DNA of 64,000 bases, from positions 1-64,000 of the IMG/VR virus record IMGVR_UViG_3300036790_000034. One strand, given 5' to 3'. Below are positions 1 to 8,067 of this stretch, piece after piece. Position numbers and translations under genes: made by a program. A model generated the notes under the pieces. The model saw nothing but the letters and a program-made list of their open reading frames with translations. It ran no database searches and was not told where the DNA came from. Position 1 is the stretch's first letter, and each line of letters starts with the position of its first letter. The DNA is from a virus.

Positions 1-1
1 C

Positions 2-148
2 ACGATTGCGAACGAAGCGGAGTTTCTCAGCCGTCATCGGCTTCGTGACATCAGCGAATTGGTTGACACCTGATGCGGCCTTCCGCTTGAGCGTCATCAG
101 ATGTGGCTGTTTGTCTTTGCCAGTGACCCGGTGAAGTTTCGGTTTCAT
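2..148 (-). CDS. hypothetical protein, truncated by window edge (MKPKLHRVTGKDKQ...)
   Basis: ATG at 148 overlaps the TGA of the upstream gene (ATGA coupling); frame open to the window edge. Confidence 0.55.
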   Translation of the reverse strand, partial: MKPKLHRVTGKDKQPHLMTLKRKAASGVNQFADVTKPMTAEKLRFVRNR

Positions 149-366
149 ATTTTCTCACCTACTTTCGCGACAGCGTTGTTGAAGCGAACATCGCTTTTGA
201 CGCGGATACGTTCAGTCTCTGCACGGAAGTGTTCGACCATCACTTGTGCGAGGTCGGCACGGAATTTCTTATCGCCCGTGCTGGCTGCGTGCATGATGTT
301 GTTTGCGAACTCCCTTGGCGAGTAGTTCGGGCTTTTGATTTTTTGATTTGCTTTCAGTTTTGGCAT
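145..366 (-). CDS. hypothetical protein (73 aa)
   Basis: AGGAG RBS before ATG; translationally coupled to the next gene. Confidence 0.65.
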   Translation of the reverse strand: MPKLKANQKIKSPNYSPREFANNIMHAASTGDKKFRADLAQVMVEHFRAETERIRVKSDVRFNNAVAKVGEKI

Positions 367-1057
367 TTGTGTCTCCTAGAGTGTTGAGAATTTTCTTGAC
401 TACGATACCACGTTCGAGGATACCTGCTAACTCTTTCTCTGTCAAGCCGGGATGTAACGATTTATTACGCCGAAGAGTTGTAGCACAAGCCCTACAATGA
501 CCTTGTTGTAGGCGTGGTAAATCTGAAGCCCGTAGTTCCGAAATATTACCACAATCACAGAGGACAATAGCCCTTAGTAATTTTAATCTGCCGACAGCCC
601 GTATTTTTAGGACGACCCTCGAACCAAAACGTTGATTCACGGTAACCAGACTTCGATGTGCCTGGCTTGAACAAAGCCTACAAGATTTGCAACATCCCCG
701 GCGTAGCTTTGCACAATCAACCCAAGATATATCGCCGCATACACATACTGTTTTAGCCACCAAACGACCGTCTCGGGGTTTTACAACACGCACTGTGCGG
801 GTTCCGACTATTGTTCCAATCGGCATACTCCTCCGCTGGGTACACAGTTTACAATCTGGGGGCTTATTCCTCAGCATAACACTTGTTTTAAGCCACTGAG
901 TTGCTCCGCAGATACATCCCATTTTTACTTCACTTCCGGGTGTTCTTAAACTCGACGCTCCTATAATTCTTTTTGCTAGAACACGCCGAGACCCTAAGAC
1001 CATTCCGAAAGAGACTTTTTCATTTAGTGAGGGTTTCATGTGTCCCTTTCTACTCAT
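269..1057 (-). CDS. protein with three tandem C-x-CG...CxxC zinc-ribbon repeats (homing-endonuclease-associated DNA-binding type); no nuclease domain seen
   Basis: Repeats GSRRV..CICG..CKLC, GTRTV..CVCG..CRLC, FGSRVV..CDCG..CRAC; locally AT-richer DNA; the start may be ATG 1039. Confidence 0.6.
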   Translation of the reverse strand: MSRKGHMKPSLNEKVSFGMVLGSRRVLAKRIIGASSLRTPGSEVKMGCICGATQWLKTSVMLRNKPPDCKLCTQRRSMPIGTIVGTRTVRVVKPRDGRLVAKTVCVCGDISWVDCAKLRRGCCKSCRLCSSQAHRSLVTVNQRFGSRVVLKIRAVGRLKLLRAIVLCDCGNISELRASDLPRLQQGHCRACATTLRRNKSLHPGLTEKELAGILERGIVVKKILNTLGDTNAKTESKSKNQKPELLAKGVRKQHHARSQHGR

Positions 1058-1072
1058 TAGAATTGTCGGGCG

Positions 1073-1267
1073 TCACACTGGCACGCCCGCGTTTCGTTGG
1101 TGCAAAGTCAGGCAGAGAATCGAGCACATCTTGCACATTGCACAGCAACCCTTCTGCTTGATGAACGCGGCCTGATAGTCTTCATGCGACCAGCCTGTGA
1201 ATCGTTCACGATTACGTCGTGCGGCCTTCTCTTGTTTCCTCGCGAGGTACGCAGCGTTCTTGCTCAT
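1073..1267 (-). pseudogene. truncated endonuclease VII-like homing endonuclease
   Basis: ...GWSHEDYQAAFIKQKGCCAMCK matches the EndoVII N-half seen in intact copies in this window; the DHDH and CxxCN half is absent. Confidence 0.55.
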
Positions 1268-1599
1268 ATCGTGCTCACTCTCATAAACCACCAAGGCCAT
1301 CGCAGACAGAACTCTCTCCACAGCACGCCGGGGACATCAGCATCCCATGCAAACAAGGGCGATTGAAGACGCAGCAGCTTGACCACACGCCATTCCAGTA
1401 GGGACAGGTGATGCTTGTCGCGATTGCAGCCGAGACACGAGTATACGAGGTTGCGATGTATCTGTCCTCCGCATCTCTGCGGGACAATGTGGTCCTTGCT
1501 TCGTTGCGTGACCTTCTCGCGGTCCTCGTCATCCGTCAGCTTCACACCGCAGTACGGGCAGCGACCGTGCCAGTTCATTGCATATCCGCGTACGCTCAT
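1264..1599 (-). CDS. HNH endonuclease
   Basis: CPYCG...KDHIVPQRCGG...NLVYSCLGCNRDK; GGAGG RBS before MSVRG. Confidence 0.85.
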   Translation of the reverse strand: MSVRGYAMNWHGRCPYCGVKLTDDEDREKVTQRSKDHIVPQRCGGQIHRNLVYSCLGCNRDKHHLSLLEWRVVKLLRLQSPLFAWDADVPGVLWREFCLRWPWWFMRVSTI

Positions 1600-1781
1600 C
1601 GTGCCTCCGGTTTGAAGTGCCACAGCGACGGTGGCACGCTGTCATGATACGTGCGGCCCATGCCATAGAGTGCATCGTTGACGGCCTTCGTGTCGCGTCT
1701 CAATTGAGATGCGGTCACACGTTTCGCCAGCAACGCGTCACTCTTGGCAAACTCAGCGGACATGTCCAATTCGGTCTGCAT
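1596..1781 (-). CDS. hypothetical protein (MQTELDMS..., 61 aa)
   Basis: GGAGG RBS; stop overlaps the next start; TGG-TAGACT extended -10 just upstream (1798-1806). Confidence 0.55.
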   Translation of the reverse strand: MQTELDMSAEFAKSDALLAKRVTASQLRRDTKAVNDALYGMGRTYHDSVPPSLWHFKPEAR

Positions 1782-1876
1782 AAATCCTCCAGCGAATAGT
1801 CTACCACAGGTGTCAAGAGAAAATCGAGCCGAGTCACCGAACAGGGACATCTTGGAAAGACACCGAATGGTGACAT

Positions 1877-1905
1877 TTGCATTCTCTTCGCCCATGTGAT
1901 ACGAT
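1877..1905 (+). promoter_or_regulatory. sigma70-like promoter
   Basis: TTGCAT-17 nt-TACGAT with a TG extension, then GGAGG RBS. Confidence 0.5.
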
Positions 1906-1921
1906 AAGAGCGGAGGACTCT

Positions 1922-2440
1922 ATGAAGAGACCAAAGATTAGTTCGTGGCCCTGCACGCTGCATCCCACGAGTCGGCCAACAAATGAACCCAGACCACGCT
2001 GTCGTGGGTGCAAGGCAGCATGGCGTCGTGCATCGTATCTGGATGACCAACAGGACAACCCGAAGGCACGATTCAGAACATGGTGTGCGAACGCTAAGAG
2101 CCGGGGGTTCGACGTTGACATCACATTCAGACAATGGCTCTATATCAAAGCTCAGCCATGCGTCTACCATATAGAAAGTGGCAAATCGGCCATCACAGGC
2201 ATCGACCGCATAAACAACAGACGCGGATATGTCCAACGCAACTGTCAACCATGTTGCGAACGCCACAATCGAATCAAGAGCGATGTGTTTACCCACGCCC
2301 AGATGATGGACCTTGTCCAACGATATAATGTAGAATGTGGAGACAACAAGTCTTCGCTTTCTCTTCGCTCTAAAGCCACGCCCACATCTTCGCCTATTGT
2401 TCGCCCTGTCGATTCGGCCACCAATTCGAGCACACCATAA
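1922..2440 (+). CDS. HNH-type homing endonuclease (GIDRxxN-xx-GY-xxx-NCxPCC family)
   Basis: AKSRGFDVDIT...GIDRINNRRGYVQRNCQPCCERHNRIK; GGAGG RBS before MKRPK. Confidence 0.8.
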   Translation: MKRPKISSWPCTLHPTSRPTNEPRPRCRGCKAAWRRASYLDDQQDNPKARFRTWCANAKSRGFDVDITFRQWLYIKAQPCVYHIESGKSAITGIDRINNRRGYVQRNCQPCCERHNRIKSDVFTHAQMMDLVQRYNVECGDNKSSLSLRSKATPTSSPIVRPVDSATNSSTP

Positions 2441-2615
2441 GACAGCCTATAGAGCAATGAGGGAGGCGTGTGGGTCTGACGTTCTATTGTGTAGAACGTT
2501 GTGTAATCCCTTTCGTATTCTATTCCCTGTTACCATGCAAACAGACGAGTAATAGCGAACAGACCGCGAAAGATTACGCTTTCCATTCGCCGTGGCCACG
2601 CCCGACGCACTCCTG

Positions 2616-2788
2616 TCTCAAAATGAGATTATGACCGATTTGTCCCACTGGTCCCGCTTCGCCTTATTGGGACATACCGCTATCATCGTGTGTTATCATA
2701 GACTTAGCTCGCACCCAGCCTCGTGCCATGTCCCACCAATGGAATCAACGAGATGCGGACTGTCACCCTCGATTGTCTCAAAATGAGA
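2616..2788. repeat. two copies of palindrome TCTCA-AAA-TGAGA (2616-2628, 2776-2788) within a TGTCTCAAAATGAGATTA direct repeat
   Basis: Read directly; a third variant TCTCATATTGAGA lies at 15099-15111. Confidence 0.75.
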
Positions 2789-3029
2789 TTAAGGGGTAGC
2801 AAGTCGTTGATTCGATTGGGGTTAGGGACAGGGGGTCGGTACTTAGCCAAACCGGGGGCGGGTGTCCACCCCACACGGTCGTCGCGGTCGCGGCTGGCTT
2901 GGCCTAGCCAACGCCCTGCTGTCAAAGGGAGGTAACCTCCTCCCGGCCCGCTCATGCCCGCCGCTCATTACTTCGCCCTTTGTTCGCGGGGCTGAGATGC
3001 CCATATAAATTTTTGGGAATTTTTATAGA

Positions 3030-3058
3030 AAATAGAAAAGCCCACCGGGAGGCGGGCT
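3030..3058 (-). terminator. putative intrinsic terminator of the leftward early operon
   Basis: GCCCGCCTCCCGGTGGGC hairpin followed by TTTTCTATTTT on the minus strand. Confidence 0.5.
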
Positions 3059-3454
3059 ATGAGGCAGTCGGGTATCGGTTTCCGTGCGTCGGTCCAGCGG
3101 ACGGGCCGGACGCGGTAGGACTTGCCGGGGAACTGTCGTCGGAGGGTCTTGCAGGCGTTTCTCGCGATGCACTCCGTTCTACAATGTAGATAAAGCTGAT
3201 GAGGAGTCCACGGGTTAGAGTCGGGACACAGCACTCTCGCGACATGCGGCTTCCACCGGGACTCGACATCCCAGCGGTCGGCCACCGACTTCTTCACTTC
3301 CATCGAGATAGATGCTCTGGGTCATAGTGCCTTCTTCAACTCTTCGAGGACGCTCGGCTTCTGCATCAGTCGATAGAGGTCAATAGGAATTTGGCCGGAG
3401 CGTCCTATGAAGCCGCCATGAGGATGTGACAGACTGCGATTGATGCGTGCCATG

Positions 3455-3754
3455 TCAGCCTCGGGGCGGTTGTAGTGACCTCAATCTCAACATGTCAAGC
3501 ATCTTCATCTTGACTTTCTTTCCCGCCGTCCCGTTCCCGGTAAATCCGTGGTAGTGGCTTCCTTGGGGAACGAGCGGCACAGGCGTGGCGATACAGACAG
3601 GATTCATCTCGGGCGGTTTCTCCCGTTCCAATCGTTCGCTTTCGCCGGGGGCTGGTATAAACAGCAGCCCCGTGAATTCGTGTTTGACGCCGTCATGCGT
3701 CTCGTACTTCGGCTCGAAGCCGAGGTCGCTCTGACTAGGCTTTGATTCCGGCAT
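3455..3754 (-). CDS. hypothetical protein (99 aa)
   Basis: ORF overlapping the upstream gene end, in operon context. Confidence 0.5.
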   Translation of the reverse strand: MPESKPSQSDLGFEPKYETHDGVKHEFTGLLFIPAPGESERLEREKPPEMNPVCIATPVPLVPQGSHYHGFTGNGTAGKKVKMKMLDMLRLRSLQPPRG

Positions 3755-4421
3755 CTTTCAACTTTCCGCGATAGTACCGACGGTCAGAACTCGCTCGGTC
3801 GTAGCAACGCTTCGCGAGGAGGGCACGCTTCTGCCACACATCACGTTCGTGGGTCATCTTGCCGTACTCCGCAGCGAGATGATAGAATCGCTTCGCGACG
3901 TATTCAAATTCATGACGGAGTTGCTGGAGGATACTCACTTGTTTCGAGTTCACAATCTTCAGCATGAAGGACTCGAAGTAGGCTCCAAAAGTCTCCTGTG
4001 ACATCTTCGTGATTTTCTCGTCTTTGAAAAAATTCTTGACGAGCAGGTTCTCGATGTTCTCTCGCAGGCGGTCGTTCTGGATGACCAACTCAGCCTCGCG
4101 TGCTTCGAGATACTGATTGACCTGTCTGAGTGCATCGACCTCATTCAGAGCGAGAGCCAACTGATTTGCTTGGTCTTCAATGAGCAGAGTCGTGTTCTCA
4201 ATCGTCGCGGAGTCGCACGGGATGTTGTCGGACTCGGTGATGGCGAGTGCCTTGTCAGCACAATCATCGCAGCCGGGATTACCACAGCCTTTTGTCGTCG
4301 GGGCCATCGCCGCCAGTAGCTCGGGAGCCTTCTGGCATTCTTCACAGACGAACGGCAGGACCACGGAACGACTGGTCACTATTCTCGGTTCGCTGCATTC
4401 GGTACAATTCAGTGTTGTCAT
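3735..4421 (-). CDS. zinc-ribbon plus coiled-coil protein
   Basis: N-terminal CTEC...CEEC, CGNPGCDDC, then heptad-rich helix; GGAGG RBS. Confidence 0.7.
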   Translation of the reverse strand: MTTLNCTECSEPRIVTSRSVVLPFVCEECQKAPELLAAMAPTTKGCGNPGCDDCADKALAITESDNIPCDSATIENTTLLIEDQANQLALALNEVDALRQVNQYLEAREAELVIQNDRLRENIENLLVKNFFKDEKITKMSQETFGAYFESFMLKIVNSKQVSILQQLRHEFEYVAKRFYHLAAEYGKMTHERDVWQKRALLAKRCYDRASSDRRYYRGKLKDAGIKA

Positions 4422-4879
4422 ACGAGTTTCCTCCGCATCAAAAGTCCGCTGCCCTTGGGACCATAGTAGCCATCCAAAACTTTGGTGACTCTGAATCCCT
4501 CTTTCAAGTATAGCCTAATCGCATCGACGTTGTCAACGTTGACAGCCAGGCCGATTCCCTTCGACCACCGCAGTCCGTTCTCACGGACCTCACAGACGGC
4601 CTCATCAATCAGAGCCTTGCCGATGCCCTGACCACGCGATTCCTTGCGGACGGCGACGGCCCAGATGTACGGCTCACCATGCTTGTTCGTCCTGATGAGA
4701 AAGCCGAGAAGCGTCCGGCGACCGTATTCATTCTGGTCTCCGTACATGACGAAGACTTGGCCCGTGTCGTATTGCGTCCGCAGAATCCCACGCGGGGCAC
4801 GCTCAAAATCGTCGAACGATGCGTCGTTCAATTCGACGATGTCCTCGAACACCGTGTTCTCTCGTGTCTTCAGAATCAT
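4418..4879 (-). CDS. GNAT family N-acetyltransferase (RimI-like)
   Basis: YIWAVAVRKESRGQGIGKALI acetyl-CoA motif; NVDAIRLYLKEGF...GYY. Confidence 0.9.
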   Translation of the reverse strand: MILKTRENTVFEDIVELNDASFDDFERAPRGILRTQYDTGQVFVMYGDQNEYGRRTLLGFLIRTNKHGEPYIWAVAVRKESRGQGIGKALIDEAVCEVRENGLRWSKGIGLAVNVDNVDAIRLYLKEGFRVTKVLDGYYGPKGSGLLMRRKLV

Positions 4880-5754
4880 CGGAACCTCCTGCCCTTGTCC
4901 TCAAATACATCAGTCGTCGGAGCCGCTGGCCTCGGAGCCGGGACGTGCTGCACAACAACAGGGACTTGCTTTATCTGAGACTTGGCCCACAGAATCTTGG
5001 CCTGAATCTCTTGGATTTCCAACTGCTTGAGTTGGTCTTTCTTTTCTTGCAACGCCGCGTTCAGCTTCGACGCGTCATCAAATTTCGCTTGCTCAAAAAG
5101 TTCATCGACCTCGCTCTGCATCTGACCAACCATCTCTTGGGCTTTCTTCTTATCACCCAATTGCAGTTCGGCAATTTTCTTCGCGAGTTGATAGTCGGTC
5201 AATTGAGATGCGTCGTACTTCTGCATCTGCTGCTGGATGATGGCCGCGTTCTGTGGCTTCTCGTCTATCATGGACCCCGCTTGTATCGGCAACGGCTTAT
5301 ACGAGGGCAAGTCCTTGAAGTCCACACTCACAGGCTTCATTTGGGCACCGCATCTTGCACAGCGAACCCAGATGTCACCATTCAACATCTGGTGCTTGAT
5401 AAGAGCAGAGCCGCCGTCGTTCTTCTTGTGCGAACACGGGTCGGGATTTGTCACGAGTGCTTTGCAAGTTGTGCCGTGACCACTCGGGCCTGTCAGGGCT
5501 TCGTGGGTCCACACTCCGCACAGTTCGCACTTCCATTTATCACCAGTGTGGGCGTGCAGCTTGACATACTCTTGGACAGCAAAATCAATCGTCTGGTCAT
5601 CAACAGGCTTCGAGCAAGTCATGCCGACGTTGCACACATCACAATGAAGGTGCATCCGATTCGTCAGGAACGCCATTGTAAATCTGACATTGCCCTTCGT
5701 CGCGGTCTTCAGCCATTGTTCCATGTAGGCGTCGATGCCGCCGAGTGACGCCAT
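4876..5754 (-). CDS. multi-zinc-finger/coiled-coil protein with the KHQMxNGDxxVRCxRCG motif
   Basis: CDVC, CELCG, CSHKK..KHQMLNGDIWVRCARCG, C-terminal coiled coil; GGAG RBS before MASL. Confidence 0.7.
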   Translation of the reverse strand: MASLGGIDAYMEQWLKTATKGNVRFTMAFLTNRMHLHCDVCNVGMTCSKPVDDQTIDFAVQEYVKLHAHTGDKWKCELCGVWTHEALTGPSGHGTTCKALVTNPDPCSHKKNDGGSALIKHQMLNGDIWVRCARCGAQMKPVSVDFKDLPSYKPLPIQAGSMIDEKPQNAAIIQQQMQKYDASQLTDYQLAKKIAELQLGDKKKAQEMVGQMQSEVDELFEQAKFDDASKLNAALQEKKDQLKQLEIQEIQAKILWAKSQIKQVPVVVQHVPAPRPAAPTTDVFEDKGRRFR

Positions 5755-5755
5755 G

Positions 5756-5902
5756 CTATCTCCGTAATTCGTCAAGCAACTTCGAGCCGAGGATGTATAT
5801 ACCTATGACGGCTGGGAACAGCGACCAGATGGGACAGTTGACGTAAAGCAGGCCCGCAGCAAATGCCTCGAAGAGAAGTCCGACAACCCATCTCAGGTCC
5901 AT
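5756..5902 (-). CDS. small membrane protein (48 aa)
   Basis: MDLRWVVGLLFEAFAAGLLYVNCPIWSLFPAVIGIYILGSK...; GGGAG RBS; not in the ORF track (below 60 aa). Confidence 0.5.
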   Translation of the reverse strand: MDLRWVVGLLFEAFAAGLLYVNCPIWSLFPAVIGIYILGSKLLDELRR

Positions 5903-5931
5903 GCTACGCTCCCAGTTCAGCCATGATGCTC

Positions 5932-6063
5932 CTAGCTCTGCATCGCCAACGCGAGAACTTGCTTCGCGGCGTTGCGATAGAATTCAGCGAGTGCCGGACG
6001 GGTCTTGACGCGTTCCGCTCGGTCTTCGTACTTGCGAACTAAATTGACGAGTGCTGTGTTCAT
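5932..6063 (-). CDS. small hypothetical protein (MNTALVNLVRKY...)
   Basis: AGGAGG RBS. Confidence 0.55.
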   Translation of the reverse strand: MNTALVNLVRKYEDRAERVKTRPALAEFYRNAAKQVLALAMQS

Positions 6064-6071
6064 GGAGCCTC

Positions 6072-6215
6072 CTAGAAAGTGTAAGCGGTCGTGTTGATAC
6101 AACAGGCGAAGAACCAATACGCCGCGAGTTTCCAGTTCCCGGTCCATGCGAACGCGACACTAGTCGCGAGGCATTCGACCGACATCACTGCGATGACGAC
6201 TTTGGCAAACTTGTT
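6072..6215 (-). CDS. small membrane protein (approximate GTG start)
   Basis: Two hydrophobic segments: VVIAVMSVECLATSVAFAW and LAAYWFFACC. Confidence 0.45.
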   Translation of the reverse strand, partial: NKFAKVVIAVMSVECLATSVAFAWTGNWKLAAYWFFACCINTTAYTF

Positions 6216-6478
6216 CACTTCGCCATCATCTCCGTCAGCTTGTGTGTGTTCTTGACAGTGCAAGTCTGCTCGTAAACAATCCCATCGACGACGACAAACT
6301 GGCGGTCGAACATATTGATGAGAACCGCGTCAATGACGGTCGGATTCTTCAGTAGGAACGCCATATCGAACGGGTGAATAAGTGCGACGTTCTCAGCCGC
6401 GACTGCACGGCGGACTTCGCTGCGTGCCGCTTCGATTCGCTCTTGAACTTGCGGGTCGATTGGTGTTGGTGTGCTCAT
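6215..6478 (-). CDS. hypothetical protein (87 aa)
   Basis: AGGAG RBS, operon context. Confidence 0.6.
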   Translation of the reverse strand: MSTPTPIDPQVQERIEAARSEVRRAVAAENVALIHPFDMAFLLKNPTVIDAVLINMFDRQFVVVDGIVYEQTCTVKNTHKLTEMMAK

Positions 6479-6485
6479 AGGTCTC

Positions 6486-6680
6486 CTAGAATACGTCGAT
6501 GGTGCCCGAGAACTTTACCTCTTTGACCACGGGTCTTTTCAATCCGTCGTTACGCTTCGCGAAGGTGATTGCTTTGCGACCAGCGGCCTCCGCAGTCGAA
6601 GCCAAAATCCACAGGCTCTCGTACGACATGTGCTGCATCGTCACGCTCCACAAATTTCTTGATGTTGCTCGTTTCGGCAT
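6486..6680 (-). CDS. hypothetical protein (64 aa)
   Basis: AGGAGGAG RBS. Confidence 0.6.
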   Translation of the reverse strand: MPKRATSRNLWSVTMQHMSYESLWILASTAEAAGRKAITFAKRNDGLKRPVVKEVKFSGTIDVF

Positions 6681-6695
6681 ATCTCCTCCTAAAGT

Positions 6696-6839
6696 CGGTG
6701 GGCCGCTGAGGGATTGAACCTCCGGCTCCCAGAGATTACTAGGCGTGGCTTGTTCTAGAATTGCCAGCCGTTCAATCAGTCAGGGACTCTCTGTGATGCT
6801 GGCAGGACTTGCGGTCCCGTTGCGAACCAGCGTCGGCCC
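6696..6839 (-). ncRNA. expanded tRNA-like RNA (144 nt)
   Basis: Acceptor GGGCCG/CGGCCC-A-CCG; T-arm GAGG-TTCAATC-CCTC; D-like stem CTGG/CCAG enclosing an extra hairpin; anticodon-position stem CAGAGA/TCTCTG with a loop of about 50 nt. Confidence 0.6.
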
Positions 6840-6844
6840 GTATA

Positions 6845-7435
6845 GAAATTTTGTCCCCGTTCTTTGACACGGTGGGGACCAAGCCGCGTGACTACTACCG
6901 ACCAGCGGCAGCAGCCATTGCACGAGGTTTAGTCGTAGCAAGTATTTTTTCTGATGTCTCGTTGGCGTTCCGACATCGAACGCTCTAACCTGAAAGCGAA
7001 AACACCTTTCAAGTCGGTGAGCCACAGCACCCCGACACGCAAGTTGAAACGCTGACTCATCCCCGTCGAAACCATGACGCCCCCATCAAGCGTGCTCACT
7101 CCACGAGACCAGACCTTTAGAGCCGCACAATCGCGGCGGGCTGTCATACCTTGCCCACTTGCCGACGGTGGAACGTCGAGGGGCGGTCATCGTGAGCACG
7201 CTTGGTGGAGGCGGCGGGAATCGAACCCGCGTCCGAGAACAGCAACGCCAACCCTCAACGTGTGTAAACTTATCGAGCGTGATGCGGTGTTAGGACTCCC
7301 TCGCCCTGCCGTCGCAGTATAGTGGGTGTTGATTCACCGTACCAGTATCCGCACTACTCATCGCACGCTCAATCTTTATCCCGGTCTCGGGCCAAAGCCT
7401 TGTCCGCTGGCAAGCCAGCCACTCGCTACCCATCC
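6845..7435 (-). ncRNA. ssrA: circularly permuted (two-piece) tmRNA; outer boundaries approximate
   Basis: The 3' tRNA-like half GGACGCGGGTTCGATTCCCGCCGCCTCCACCA (CCA end 7203) lies upstream of the 5' half GGGGGCGTCATGGTTTCGACGGGG (start 7084); 7-bp acceptor with G3.U70; helix-2 complementarity between the pieces; tag frame 6939-6895 ATTKPRAMAAAAGR followed by TAG TAG. Confidence 0.85.
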
Positions 7436-7756
7436 CTATTTAGCGACCGGAATCTTCAGAACTGAATTCTCTTCCGTGGTCTCGATGCGGTGACAATTCG
7501 CACACAGCACGTCGCACTTCTTGACCTCGGATTTTATTTTCGAGAGTGCCCATCCCGCAGTAGCGGCTCGGAGCACTCCGAACAATTTCGTCTTACGATT
7601 TCGATGAGCAAAGTCCAAAGCCGCTGGGTGCTCTTTGTAGCCGCATCGTCTACAGCCCCGTTTTAGGCGATAGGAATCCAGCCATGCTTTGGTCTTCGCA
7701 ACTCGTCGTGCTCGACAAGCCTTCCAACTTGCATAAACGTGAGACGGCTTGCCCAT
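7436..7756 (-). CDS. HNH-type homing endonuclease (CxxCG...LDFxH...KCDVLCANCHR family)
   Basis: GCRRCGYKEHPAALDFAH...EVKKCDVLCANCHR. Confidence 0.8.
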   Translation of the reverse strand: MGKPSHVYASWKACRARRVAKTKAWLDSYRLKRGCRRCGYKEHPAALDFAHRNRKTKLFGVLRAATAGWALSKIKSEVKKCDVLCANCHRIETTEENSVLKIPVAK

Positions 7757-7760
7757 TGTT

Positions 7761-8000
7761 TTACAGCTTTTTCGCGAGGTCTTCGACAGCAGTGTGCAGG
7801 TCTTCGACGACTTCGGTATGAGCATCGACAGCAGCCTTCACCGCATCCGTCTTCACCTTCACCGCTTCCAAATTCGCGGTCGCAGACAGGGTGTTGGCTT
7901 CCTTCCCCGCCTTGTTAAACAGTTTTCCAATCTGACCACGGAAGCCGTAGCCAAGAGCCACGCCTGCGAGAATCAGAATTGCATAAACCAGAATATCCAT
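7761..8000 (-). CDS. small membrane-anchored protein
   Basis: N-terminal TM segment MDILVYAILILAGVALGYGF; GGAGG RBS; own promoter. Confidence 0.7.
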   Translation of the reverse strand: MDILVYAILILAGVALGYGFRGQIGKLFNKAGKEANTLSATANLEAVKVKTDAVKAAVDAHTEVVEDLHTAVEDLAKKL

Positions 8001-8037
8001 GTTTCCTCCGTATGCGGCAAAGTCTTCCGCTCTTACA

Positions 8038-8067
8038 ACTCTATCAGACCTTGATTCGCGGTGTCAA
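8038..8067 (-). promoter_or_regulatory. sigma70-like promoter; probably also drives tmRNA expression
   Basis: TTGACA-18 nt-TAGAGT with a TG extension. Confidence 0.6.

Noticed and set aside
2968-3303. 111-aa minus-strand ORF as a confident CDS
   Set aside because: Weak RBS, and it runs through a terminator-like hairpin; left uncalled
6696-7084. Reading 7084 to 6696 as one conventional one-piece tmRNA
   Set aside because: GGGGGCG cannot pair with GCGGCCC; it pairs fully with CGCCTCC at 7213-7207, and the 6696 end has its own partner at 6839
6780-7322. ORFs 6780-7025, 6929-7147 and 7074-7322
   Set aside because: They overlap the tmRNA and tRNA-like structures; no protein motifs
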